Shown: piece after piece, positions 39,231-47,232 of the stretch | Position numbering within the stretch: the stretch's first letter is position 1 | Layout of the letters: each line of letters opens with the position of its first letter | Assembly (NCBI GenBank): GCA_016714935.1 | Contig: JADKBU010000012.1 | Span: 11,304-75,303 of the forward strand | DNA from: Candidatus Accumulibacter propinquus | GTDB taxonomy: Bacteria > Pseudomonadota > Gammaproteobacteria > Burkholderiales > Rhodocyclaceae | Length of the DNA stretch: 64,000 bases | Reading direction: 5' to 3' | Translations under genes and position numbers: made by a program | Notes under the pieces: model-generated | What the model saw: only the letters and a program-made list of their open reading frames with translations | What the model was told of the DNA's origin: nothing | Databases searched by the model: none

Positions 39231-39944
39231 ATGACTTGGTTCTCCAGACTCTTCGCCGGCCAGAGCGCTCCAGGCGTGGCCCTGACTACCAGACAGCAGC
39301 AGTGCATTGCCGCCTGGCAGCAATTGCCTGCCCCGGACCTGCGCCGCTCGCACTATCGCTGCCGCTACGTGGTGGTCGACGTCGAAACCAGCGGCATCAA
39401 TGTCAGGACCGACCGCTTGTACACGATTGGCGCGGTGGGGCTGGTCGACGGACAGATCGATTTCAGGGATACCCTGCAACTGATCCTGGCCAGTGCCGCA
39501 CCGACCAGCGAAGCGGCAACGGCCGCCGGCGACGCAGTGCCTGCGCCGGTGGCCGGGCCGCAGGCGGTCGAGGCACTGATCGCCTTTCTGCAATTTGTCG
39601 GCAAGGCGCCACTGGTTGCCTACAATGTGCCGTTCGTGGCGGCGATGGTCGAGCGCGTGCTCGCCGAGGGCCTGGGAATCGAGTTCGCGTTACCGTGGAT
39701 CGATCTGGAATGGGTCATGCCCGACCTGTTTCGCGACATCGACAGTACGCAGGGGCGCCTGGACGCCTGGCTCACGCATTTCGAAATCGACAGCATCCAC
39801 CGCCACAACGCCGTCTCCGACGCCTACGCCACTGCCCAGTTGTTGCAGGTCACGATTGCCCGTGGCGCGCGCAAAGGTTTCGAAACCCCGGCCAGTCTGC
39901 TTGAGCTCGAGAAGGCTCGTCGTCATCTGCACCAGAGCAGCTAG
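39231..39944 (+). CDS. DnaQ-like (DEDDh, Pol III epsilon-type) 3'-5' exonuclease-domain protein, apparently with a degenerate Exo II motif
   Basis: 237 aa. Exo I is YVVVDVETSG (D and E present). Exo III is HRHNAVSDAYATA (H-x4-D present). The Exo II position reads LVAYNVPFVAAMV where the family has (H)N..FD..F. The start is 8 nt after the DUF294 gene stop. Confidence 0.8.
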   Translation: MTWFSRLFAGQSAPGVALTTRQQQCIAAWQQLPAPDLRRSHYRCRYVVVDVETSGINVRTDRLYTIGAVGLVDGQIDFRDTLQLILASAAPTSEAATAAGDAVPAPVAGPQAVEALIAFLQFVGKAPLVAYNVPFVAAMVERVLAEGLGIEFALPWIDLEWVMPDLFRDIDSTQGRLDAWLTHFEIDSIHRHNAVSDAYATAQLLQVTIARGARKGFETPASLLELEKARRHLHQSS

Positions 39945-39959
39945 GAGGGCGGCTCCGCG

Positions 39960-41999
39960 ATGGCAGATTACTCTCTCCCACTGCGTCGCTATTACGCCTA
40001 TTACACGGTCGGTTTCTTCCTGTTCATCCTGGTGCTGGGGGTGCTCGAACGGCACGGCATGCCGCCACGCTGGATCGGTTATTCGTTTCTCTTCCTGACC
40101 ATCTTCCTTTACGCCACGATCGGGGTGCTGGCGCGCACCGCCAGTGTCTCGGAGTACTACGTCGCCGGACGGCGCGTGCCCGCGGTTTTCAACGGTATGG
40201 CCACCGGCGCTGACTGGATGAGTTCGGCCTCCTTCATGGGACTGGCCGGGACGCTCTACCTGACGGGTTATCAGGGCCTGGCCTACGTGATGGGCTGGAC
40301 CGGCGGTTATGTTCTGGTCGCGCTGCTGTTGGCGCCTTACCTGCGCCGTTTCGGGCAATACACGATTCCGGATTTTCTCGCTGCGCGCTATGGCGGCAAC
40401 CTGGCACGGCTGGTTGGCGTCTTCGCCACCGTCCTGGCGTCGTTTGTCTATGTGGTGGCGCAGATTTATGGCGTCGGCCTGATCACCAGCCGCTTTGTCG
40501 GTCTGCAGTTCGAAATCGGCGTCTTTGTCGGCCTCGCCGGAATTCTGGTCTGCTCGTTCCTGGGCGGCATGCGGGCCGTGACCTGGACGCAGGTGGCGCA
40601 ATACGCGATCCTGATCGTCGCCTATCTCGTGCCGGTGACGATTCTTTCCTTCGAGGTCACCGGCATTCCGGTTCCGCAGCTGACCTACGGCCAGGTGCTG
40701 CAGAAAGTGCAGGTTCTTGAGGAGCGGATCTTCGACGATCCGGCTGAAGTCGACGCCCGCCGTCTGTTTCGCGAACGCGCCGATGGCTACTACACGCGCA
40801 TCCTCACCCTTCCAGACTCGCTTGAGGAAGAGCGGCGCAGTCTGAGCACGCAGATCAACGAGTTGAAGAGCAGCAACGCGCAGATGCGCGAAGTGGTGGC
40901 GCTGGAGCGGCTGCGCCGGGAGTTGCCGAAGACCAGCGAAGCCGCGCGTGCTTACTGGGACCAGCTGATGCGCGAGGCAGGTCAGCGGGGCGCCCTGCCC
41001 GACCACCACCTGACGCCATACCCGGGCGCCGCAGAAGGCGTGAACAACACCGCGCGTCTGAATTTCCTGACCCTCGTATTCTGCCTGATGGTCGGTACGG
41101 CGGCGCTGCCGCACGTGCTGATGCGCTACTACACCACCACCAGCGTGCGCGACGCGCGCCGCTCGGTTTTCTGGTCACTGCTGTTCATCCTCGCACTGTA
41201 TCTGACCGCTCCGGCCTATGCGGCCTTTGCCAAGTACGAGATTTATTCGAGCCTGGTCGGTTCGTCCATCACCCAGTTACCGATCTGGGTCACCTCCTGG
41301 GGCAAGATCGGGCTGGTGTCGATCGAGGATATCAACGGCGACGGCATCCTGCAGCTCGCCGAGTTGTCGCTGAATCCGGACGTGGTTCTGCTGGCGACGC
41401 CCGAGATTGCCGGCCTGCCATACGTCATTTCCGGACTGGTGGCCGCCGGTGCGTTGGCGGCCGCGCTGTCTACCGCCGACGGCCTGCTGTTGACCATCGC
41501 CAGTGCGTTGTCGCACGATGTTTACTACAAGGTCCTGCGCCCGACTGCGACCACGCAGTGGCGGCTGGTGGTTTCGAAGTCGCTGTTGCTGGTGGTGGCC
41601 GTGCTCGCCGCCAGCGTCGCCTCGCAGAAGCCGGCGACGATCCTGTTCATGGTCGCCTGGGCCTTTTCCCTGGCCGGCGCGGCCCTTTTTCCGGCGTTGA
41701 TCCTCGGGGTGTTCTGGAAAAGGGCGACGCCCACGGGCGCCGTCAGCGGCATGGTTGTCGGCCTGCTGATGACCATCTACTACATGATCCGTGTGCATTT
41801 CGACGCCATTCCCTGGCTCGGCATCCACGGCATCGGCATGGAACCGTGGTTGGGAATCCAGTCCACCTCGGCCGGCGTCTGGGGTGTTGCCATCGGGTTT
41901 TTCACGATCATCATCGTCAGCCTGTTCGGCGAGCCCCCCAGCGAGGAAACGCAGGATTTTGTCGAAAGCGTCCGTTATCCCGAAATGGAACGTTGGTGA
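39960..41999 (+). CDS. Sodium:solute symporter family protein, large subunit (VC_2705/ActP-related subfamily) with a ~120-aa soluble insertion
   Basis: 679 aa. SSF hallmarks are ..YYVAGRRVPAVFNGMATGADWMSSASFMGLAG.., ..GGMRAVTWTQVAQY.. and ..ALSTADGLLL... A charged coiled-coil-like insertion (VLEERIFDDPAEVD...ELKSSNAQMREVVALERLRRELPK) splits the transporter core. Confidence 0.88.
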   Translation: MADYSLPLRRYYAYYTVGFFLFILVLGVLERHGMPPRWIGYSFLFLTIFLYATIGVLARTASVSEYYVAGRRVPAVFNGMATGADWMSSASFMGLAGTLYLTGYQGLAYVMGWTGGYVLVALLLAPYLRRFGQYTIPDFLAARYGGNLARLVGVFATVLASFVYVVAQIYGVGLITSRFVGLQFEIGVFVGLAGILVCSFLGGMRAVTWTQVAQYAILIVAYLVPVTILSFEVTGIPVPQLTYGQVLQKVQVLEERIFDDPAEVDARRLFRERADGYYTRILTLPDSLEEERRSLSTQINELKSSNAQMREVVALERLRRELPKTSEAARAYWDQLMREAGQRGALPDHHLTPYPGAAEGVNNTARLNFLTLVFCLMVGTAALPHVLMRYYTTTSVRDARRSVFWSLLFILALYLTAPAYAAFAKYEIYSSLVGSSITQLPIWVTSWGKIGLVSIEDINGDGILQLAELSLNPDVVLLATPEIAGLPYVISGLVAAGALAAALSTADGLLLTIASALSHDVYYKVLRPTATTQWRLVVSKSLLLVVAVLAASVASQKPATILFMVAWAFSLAGAALFPALILGVFWKRATPTGAVSGMVVGLLMTIYYMIRVHFDAIPWLGIHGIGMEPWLGIQSTSAGVWGVAIGFFTIIIVSLFGEPPSEETQDFVESVRYPEMERW

Positions 42000-42046
42000 G
42001 CCGTCGCTCGTCGGCGGAAGGGGGCTTTCTCGTGGGAGCGCCTTGA

Positions 42047-42316
42047 GTGCGGCTGGAGCGCAAACAACGCGACTACTGGCGGCGGAACCTCCGGATGACC
42101 GCCTGGCTGCTGGCGGTCTGGTTCGTCGTGACCTTCGTCGTCAGTTACTTCGCCCGCGAACTGTCGGAGATCAACGTTTTCGGTTTTCCTCTCGGTTTCT
42201 ACATGGGCGCGCAGGGCGCGCCGCTGATCTACCTGCTGATCATCTGTTGGTACGCCCGCTACATGAATCAGCTCGACCGCGAGTTCGGGGTCAGTGACGC
42301 GGACCCCGAGGAATGA
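42047..42316 (+). CDS. DUF4212 protein (putative solute:sodium symporter small subunit)
   Basis: 89 aa from GTG 42047, ..RDYWRRNLRMTAWLLAVWFVVTFVVSYFARELSEINVFGFPLGFYMGAQGAPLIYLLIICWYARYMN. Two TM helices; typical DUF4212. Confidence 0.8.
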   Translation: MRLERKQRDYWRRNLRMTAWLLAVWFVVTFVVSYFARELSEINVFGFPLGFYMGAQGAPLIYLLIICWYARYMNQLDREFGVSDADPEE

Positions 42317-42398
42317 GTCCGGAACGGTTCCGCTCCGCTATTTTCGTCAACAGCCTCCGGGGCTGTTTAATGTGAGAGTCGCGTCAGCGACTCACTCG

Positions 42399-43637
42399 CT
42401 AGTCATGTTTCAAGGCAGTGCCGTTGGCGGACTTCCCGGTGCCTACGGCCGCCGGTTTTTTCACTGCCAGCTCCGCCGGAGCCTGATAGCCGCTCAGTTC
42501 CATGAAGCCGACCCCCGCTTGCGAACCGCTGACCTTGACCGCTCCTTCCCAGTAGACGTTGAGCGTCGTCGTACGCGCGTCGAACTCGCTTGCCCGTTGC
42601 GCCGGATCGACTTTCAGTTGCAGGCCGCGGGCGGGGATCGAGATCGTCCAGTTGATCGGATAGAGCACCCCTGAGGCAGGGCTTTTCCAGGTGCCGCGCG
42701 AGTTCGCCGCGAAGTCCGCGGCCCCGAGTGCGCTCACCGCGCCGTCCTTGGCATACGTTCCCATGCGTAGAACGGCCGCACCTTGGCGATCGAAGAGCTC
42801 GAAAAGCATCAGGTCCGCGCCATCACCGAGCTGAAGCGCGAACCAGTTCCAGCGCAGGCTGGCCGCTTCGAAATCGCCCCACTGGTGATCGAACCATACT
42901 TCTCCGCGTACCGCCTTGATTGTTCCGCCAATGCTCAATGTCCCCTGGGCAGCCATGCGCGGACGCGACGTGTAATAGCTCTTGCCGGCGCTGCCGAAAT
43001 CGAGCAGGCCGGCAACCGGGGTCCCCGGTGCCTGGTGCAGCACCGGTTGCAGCGCGTCCTTGAGTTTCAGGTCGAGCGCGAAATCCTTGCCCGCCATTTT
43101 CGCCGCGTGCTCGGCGCCTGTTCCTTGCAACTGCCAGTTGCCGAAGTTGAAGCCAAAGCCGTTGGTGCGGCCGTCCGAAGGGTTGCCCGCGGTGCGCGCC
43201 TGCTCGGTGTAGATCTTCTCGGTCTGATGGTCGAGCAGGGAGCCCTGGAATACCGTATGGGTGAGCGTGCCGCGGCGCAGGAAGGCGGCCATGTGAAACG
43301 AGTAACGTTCGCCGGAATCCGTCTGCAGGTGGCCGCTGTAATACCACCATTCAGTGAGCGCCTCATGCACGGCGTCGTCCGCGGGCAGTCTGACGGCGGG
43401 CATCTCCGCCACATTCTGTGTGGTCGGCGCCGGGTGAGCGGCCACAGCGTCTGCCGATGACTTGGCCGGAACGCTCTCGGAACGGATGAACATGATCCAG
43501 ACGACCACCATTCCGACCAATAGCCAGCCGGAGATCACCAGCCAGCGATAGCGCCGGAACCAGCGCGACGAGCCGGGGCGGGCCTTGCCCCGACGGGAAA
43601 GTTTCACACGGTAGGTGCCCGACGACTCGGTACGCAT
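42399..43637 (-). CDS. AttH/CrtC-like lipocalin-fold protein (hydroxyneurosporene synthase family) with N-terminal membrane anchor
   Basis: 412 aa. It has a TM anchor (WLVISGWLLVGMVVVWIMF), then ..EWWYYSGHL.TDSGERYSFHMAAF....GEVWFDHQWGDF......WNWFALQL.DG.DLML. This is the hallmark CrtC/AttH pattern. Confidence 0.75.
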   Translation of the reverse strand: MRTESSGTYRVKLSRRGKARPGSSRWFRRYRWLVISGWLLVGMVVVWIMFIRSESVPAKSSADAVAAHPAPTTQNVAEMPAVRLPADDAVHEALTEWWYYSGHLQTDSGERYSFHMAAFLRRGTLTHTVFQGSLLDHQTEKIYTEQARTAGNPSDGRTNGFGFNFGNWQLQGTGAEHAAKMAGKDFALDLKLKDALQPVLHQAPGTPVAGLLDFGSAGKSYYTSRPRMAAQGTLSIGGTIKAVRGEVWFDHQWGDFEAASLRWNWFALQLGDGADLMLFELFDRQGAAVLRMGTYAKDGAVSALGAADFAANSRGTWKSPASGVLYPINWTISIPARGLQLKVDPAQRASEFDARTTTLNVYWEGAVKVSGSQAGVGFMELSGYQAPAELAVKKPAAVGTGKSANGTALKHD

Positions 43638-43671
43638 CGCAATAGCTCCTCGCGGGTGGATGGGGGCGGAC

Positions 43672-44631
43672 TCAGGCCGCCGGCAGTGTGTGCAGCCATG
43701 TTAGCGTGGCATCCTCGACCGCCGAACGCAACGCCCTGGACGAGAAAGTATGGTCGGCATCAGTAATCTCAATCCGGCGTACCTTGGACGCCTCGATGAG
43801 GCCCGACCAGCCAGGATCGGCAGCGGCGAACTCCAGGAATTCCTTGGCGGTATAGTCTTCCGCGCTCAGGATCAGCAGCATTCGTCCCGGAAACTGCCGC
43901 CAACCCGCAGCCATGCGCTCCTGAAACGAGCGCGTGGCAACTGCGCCGCCGGTCTGGCCGGACCGACGCGCCAGCAGCGCGCTGTGCAGCAAGCCGCTAA
44001 GCGAGTGCCATACCTGCATGCGGCCGCTGCACAACTTCCACCAGAACTCGCGCTGCAGCAGGCGCTGACCGTAATAGTGCTTGATGTGGGTCTGCGCCAG
44101 GCTCGCCTCCGAGCGTAGCCAGGGGTTCAGCAAGGCCAGACCCACGACCCGCCGGTCACGCGTCGCTTCGACGTACAGCAAGGCTGCCGAGGCCGCATCG
44201 CACAGCCCCCAGAGTACGATACGCTGCACCGACGGGCAGTGGTGCTGAAAGGCATCGATGGCGGCGCCGATGTCCGCGGAAACGTCCTCGAAGCTGCGCA
44301 TCGTGCCGCCACCGTCACCCATGCCGCGATAGTCGAAGCGCATCACCGGGTAACCTTCGCTTGCCAATCGGCGCGAGAGCAACAGGAACTGCCGGTGGCT
44401 GCCGACACGATATTGCGGCCCGCCGACGACGATCAGGACGCCGCAACTGGACTCCTTTCCGGAGGTCACGGCGGCATCCGCCAATCTGGGGGGATGTTCC
44501 CGGCCGGCCTGCGCAGGGTTGGCACTGCCGACGGCAGTGCTTGCGGCGAGCAGGTGGGCGGGCCTGGCAATGATGCCCGGCAACACTTCGCCGGCGCAGG
44601 TAAACAGCAGTGCTTCCTCGACGATGTTCAT
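43672..44631 (-). CDS. Alpha/beta-fold protein of the 'hydrolase 1, exosortase A system-associated' type
   Basis: 319 aa, ..GVLIVVGGPQYRVGSHRQFLLLSRRLASEGYPVMRFDYRGMGDGGG...IVLWGLCDAASAAL. This matches my memory of the TIGR03100-type signature (GGPQYR.GSHRQF, GLCDAA). A ~35-aa Ala/Gly-rich segment precedes the GVLIVVGG strand. The start overlaps the hydrolase 2 stop (4 nt). Confidence 0.7.
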   Translation of the reverse strand: MNIVEEALLFTCAGEVLPGIIARPAHLLAASTAVGSANPAQAGREHPPRLADAAVTSGKESSCGVLIVVGGPQYRVGSHRQFLLLSRRLASEGYPVMRFDYRGMGDGGGTMRSFEDVSADIGAAIDAFQHHCPSVQRIVLWGLCDAASAALLYVEATRDRRVVGLALLNPWLRSEASLAQTHIKHYYGQRLLQREFWWKLCSGRMQVWHSLSGLLHSALLARRSGQTGGAVATRSFQERMAAGWRQFPGRMLLILSAEDYTAKEFLEFAAADPGWSGLIEASKVRRIEITDADHTFSSRALRSAVEDATLTWLHTLPAA

Positions 44632-45449
44632 GCCGGGACCGTTTCGGACAACGCCAGGAGACTGCTTTCAAGCAGCGCCGGGCACTCGCTGATTTCGCTG
44701 GTCTGCCAGAAAGCCGGACCGTTGACGACCGTGCTGCGTGCCCGCTGGCCGGCAACCTGCCATTGTGTCAGGCGCGCCAGGGCGGCCGGCGACAGGCTGC
44801 CGTCGGGCCTGCCGGAGATCTCTATCCATTCCACCCGGCCTGAGCGGTGAGGCAGCAGAAGCTCTGCTTTCTCCAGACCGCCGGCGAGCGCCGGTGACAG
44901 CAGGTAGCCTGCCACTTCGACCGATTCTCCCTGTCGCAACTGGCCACGCACACGTTCCATCACACCCTTGGTCTCGTTGCCGAGGAGTTCGGCAGCCATC
45001 TTCAGTCGCAGGAACTGCTGCAGAAACTGTTTGCCCGCGAGGACCGGCTGCCAGAACAGCAGGTTGACCGGCAGCGCCATGCGGTTGGCGGCTTCATTGG
45101 CCAACAGGCAGCCGGTGCGCAGGCCCCACAGCCACAGCGGCGCGCCGAACCGCCGCTGCAGCCATTGACAGGCAAGCTCGACGTCGGCCAGCCAGATCTC
45201 CCAGGTGGCGTCGCCAAAATCGCCGGAACTGTCGCCACAACCCATGAGGTCGATCTGCAGCACCGCGTAGCCGGCCGTGGCCAGCGCGCGTGCCTGCAGG
45301 GCGGCCATGCGCCGGGATTTGTTGAGTTCTTCGGCAAAGGGATGGATGTACACCACCGCCCCTTGCAGCTTTACCGGGTCTTCAGGAGCATATAGCAGGG
45401 CAAAGCGCTGGCCTGGAGAGGCAGGCAGGAAAAAGGCTTCGATCGCCAC
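44628..45449 (-). CDS. Alpha/beta-fold protein of the 'hydrolase 2, exosortase A system-associated' type
   Basis: 273 aa, ..GAVVYIHPFAEELNKSRRMAALQARALATAGYAVLQIDLMGCGDSSGDF..PLWLWGLRTGCLLA. The PFAEE.NKSRRM signature is of TIGR03101 type. Confidence 0.7.
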   Translation of the reverse strand: MAIEAFFLPASPGQRFALLYAPEDPVKLQGAVVYIHPFAEELNKSRRMAALQARALATAGYAVLQIDLMGCGDSSGDFGDATWEIWLADVELACQWLQRRFGAPLWLWGLRTGCLLANEAANRMALPVNLLFWQPVLAGKQFLQQFLRLKMAAELLGNETKGVMERVRGQLRQGESVEVAGYLLSPALAGGLEKAELLLPHRSGRVEWIEISGRPDGSLSPAALARLTQWQVAGQRARSTVVNGPAFWQTSEISECPALLESSLLALSETVPA

Positions 45450-45463
45450 CGGGGGAGGGCTGC

Positions 45464-45715
45464 TCAGGCGTCCAGTTTGCCCTGGACGAAGTCGATCAGG
45501 CTGCCCAGAGTGGTGAATACCGACCCGTCGATCTCGTCGTCGTCGACCGTAAATCCGAAGCGCTCTTCAATGGCCGTGATCAGGGCGACCACTGCCATCG
45601 AGTCGAGTTCTGGAATGGCGCCAAGCAAGGGGGTGTCCAATGCAAACCTGCTTGCCCGTCCTTTGAGGCTCAAGACCTCGTCAAGAACCGAAACCACCTC
45701 GCTGCTGATATCCAT
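45464..45715 (-). CDS. Acyl carrier protein (phosphopantetheine attachment site DSM)
   Basis: 83 aa, ..TPLLGAIPELDSMAVVALITAIEERFGFTVDDDEI. The ACP-like four-helix pattern has the Ser in a DS motif. It lies 15 nt upstream of hydrolase 2. Confidence 0.8.
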   Translation of the reverse strand: MDISSEVVSVLDEVLSLKGRASRFALDTPLLGAIPELDSMAVVALITAIEERFGFTVDDDEIDGSVFTTLGSLIDFVQGKLDA

Positions 45716-45912
45716 GTCGACTCCTGGTGATGGGATTTCCGCGCTGCAGCCTGCCCGACCGGCAGGGCTGAACGATTGAGCGGCGATTATACCGAGTCGT
45801 GCGACGGCGCTTCGTGTGATAGGTCACACCACTACAGTGTCGGCCAACCGTCGGCGACCTCGGCCCGATTGCCGTCGGCGCTGGCCTGGTACACGCGCCA
45901 GCGCTCCGATGG

Positions 45913-46800
45913 TCAGGGCTTGCTGTTGCGGGAGAAGAGCAACAAGCGCGAACGTCCCTGTTCAGCCAGCAGCAGCTCATGGTCGCTGCGGATCAGCACG
46001 GACTGCGGCGCATGCAGATGCTCGGCGATCACCTGTAGTCGTGCAAAATCCCAGAACAGCAGGCGCCCATCGTTGGTGCGGTCCTCGGTGATCCAGATGC
46101 CCTGGGACGTACAGAGCAGAAAACCGGGTGACTGCAAGCCACCGAACAGCGCCAGCTTGCCGCCCGCACGCGGGCCTTCGCCCGCCTGGTATTGGTACAG
46201 CGAGCTGTTGCGCTGCTTTTCGGTGAAGTAGATACGGCCGTCGGGCATCGCACACAAGCCTTCTCCCTTGTCCAGGCCGCTGAGCAAGATCCGGCTGCTG
46301 CCGGTATCGGGATTGAATTCGGTGAGTTCTCCATTCTTGCGGTCGGCGAGTATCACGATATTGCCGTTGCTCAGCTTCGTGATGCCCTCCGCGTAGTCCG
46401 ATCTGAACAGCGGGCGTGCCCCGGATGGTGTCCAGTACATCACCCACATGTTCTGTTCTTCCTGGGCAATGAGCACGCCATCACGCCAGGGCAGCAGTCC
46501 TGCGGGCTTGGAGAGTCCGCTCAGCAGGGTCGTGACCTGCCAGTTGCGGTCGAAACGGACGAGTTCGCCCTTGCCGTGATTGTGTTGGGTCGTTCCCAGC
46601 AGTTCACCCGCAGGTGATACCGCCAGACTATCGATCATTTCGACGTCGTCGACCAGTACCGCATACTGCCAGCCTGGGGCCGCCGCCACCGGTCGCCAGC
46701 GCAGATAGCCCAGCACAGCCATGGCCAGCACGGCCAACAGGCCGGTGGCCAGCAAACACCAGCGAAAGGCGCGGGCGGCAAGAAGTTCCTTGGCAGTCAT
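45913..46800 (-). CDS. Membrane-anchored beta-propeller-like hypothetical protein (SMP-30/NHL-like repeats)
   Basis: 295 aa. It has an N-terminal TM helix (FRWCLLATGLLAVLAMAVLGYL). Repeated strand motifs follow (GELVRFD, GVLIAQEE, GNIVILAD, GRIYFTEK, GIWITEDR, LLLAEQGR), suggestive of a 6-bladed propeller. Confidence 0.6.
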   Translation of the reverse strand: MTAKELLAARAFRWCLLATGLLAVLAMAVLGYLRWRPVAAAPGWQYAVLVDDVEMIDSLAVSPAGELLGTTQHNHGKGELVRFDRNWQVTTLLSGLSKPAGLLPWRDGVLIAQEEQNMWVMYWTPSGARPLFRSDYAEGITKLSNGNIVILADRKNGELTEFNPDTGSSRILLSGLDKGEGLCAMPDGRIYFTEKQRNSSLYQYQAGEGPRAGGKLALFGGLQSPGFLLCTSQGIWITEDRTNDGRLLFWDFARLQVIAEHLHAPQSVLIRSDHELLLAEQGRSRLLLFSRNSKP

Positions 46801-46885
46801 GAGTATGGATCGTTGCGTGATCGAGGCCGCATGGTAACCCGCAAAATGGCCGCGCGCGAAGTCGCCGTCAAACCACCGAGCCGTC

Positions 46886-47218
46886 GTGCCGCAGTATCAG
46901 CAGAACCCTTCTGCCAGGCCGGAGAGCCGGGTGGGACAACGAACGGCCAGGAAGCGGCACGACAGGTCGGAACCGCATGTTGAATACTGGCTGAAGCCCT
47001 GCGCCGGCCAGGCTCCTGTCTCAGTTCGGACAGTGCATCCATTACACTATGGTGATCGCTCCCGCTGGGTCGGCCCGGTGGATCGGGAGCGTCTCGACCA
47101 GGTGCTCGACGGCAAGAGCGATCCTGAAGACCTGCAGACCTTTTACCAGGGCGACGGCGCGGCCAGCAGCCCGGAAGAAACCGACTTGTTCACGCAGCGT
47201 CCGAAGCTGGCCGCCTGA
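46886..47218 (+). CDS. Possible small ORF (the last ~60 codons look coding; start undefined)
   Basis: The distal part, ..HYGDRSRWVGPVDRERLDQVLDGKSDPEDLQTFYQGDGAASSPEETDLFTQRPKLAA*, has strong GC3 bias. The proximal part of the ORF does not. An in-frame GTG ~60 codons before the stop would give ~61 aa. No family recognised. Confidence 0.3.
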   Translation: MPQYQQNPSARPESRVGQRTARKRHDRSEPHVEYWLKPCAGQAPVSVRTVHPLHYGDRSRWVGPVDRERLDQVLDGKSDPEDLQTFYQGDGAASSPEETDLFTQRPKLAA

Positions 47219-47232
47219 TCAGGAGACGAACG

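Noticed and set aside
42374-42395. A hairpin motif GAGTCGC-GTCA-GCGACTC-AC that recurs as AGTCG-GGTCAG-CGACT-CAC at 58083-58100. The two share the 13-mer GTCAGCGACTCAC, suggesting a REP-like element.
   Set aside because: There are only two copies. A rough estimate gives of order 100 chance 13-mer identities for all position pairs on both strands of a 64-kb window, more with GC bias, and about 1-2 at the 19/20 level. Neither copy has a T-tract.
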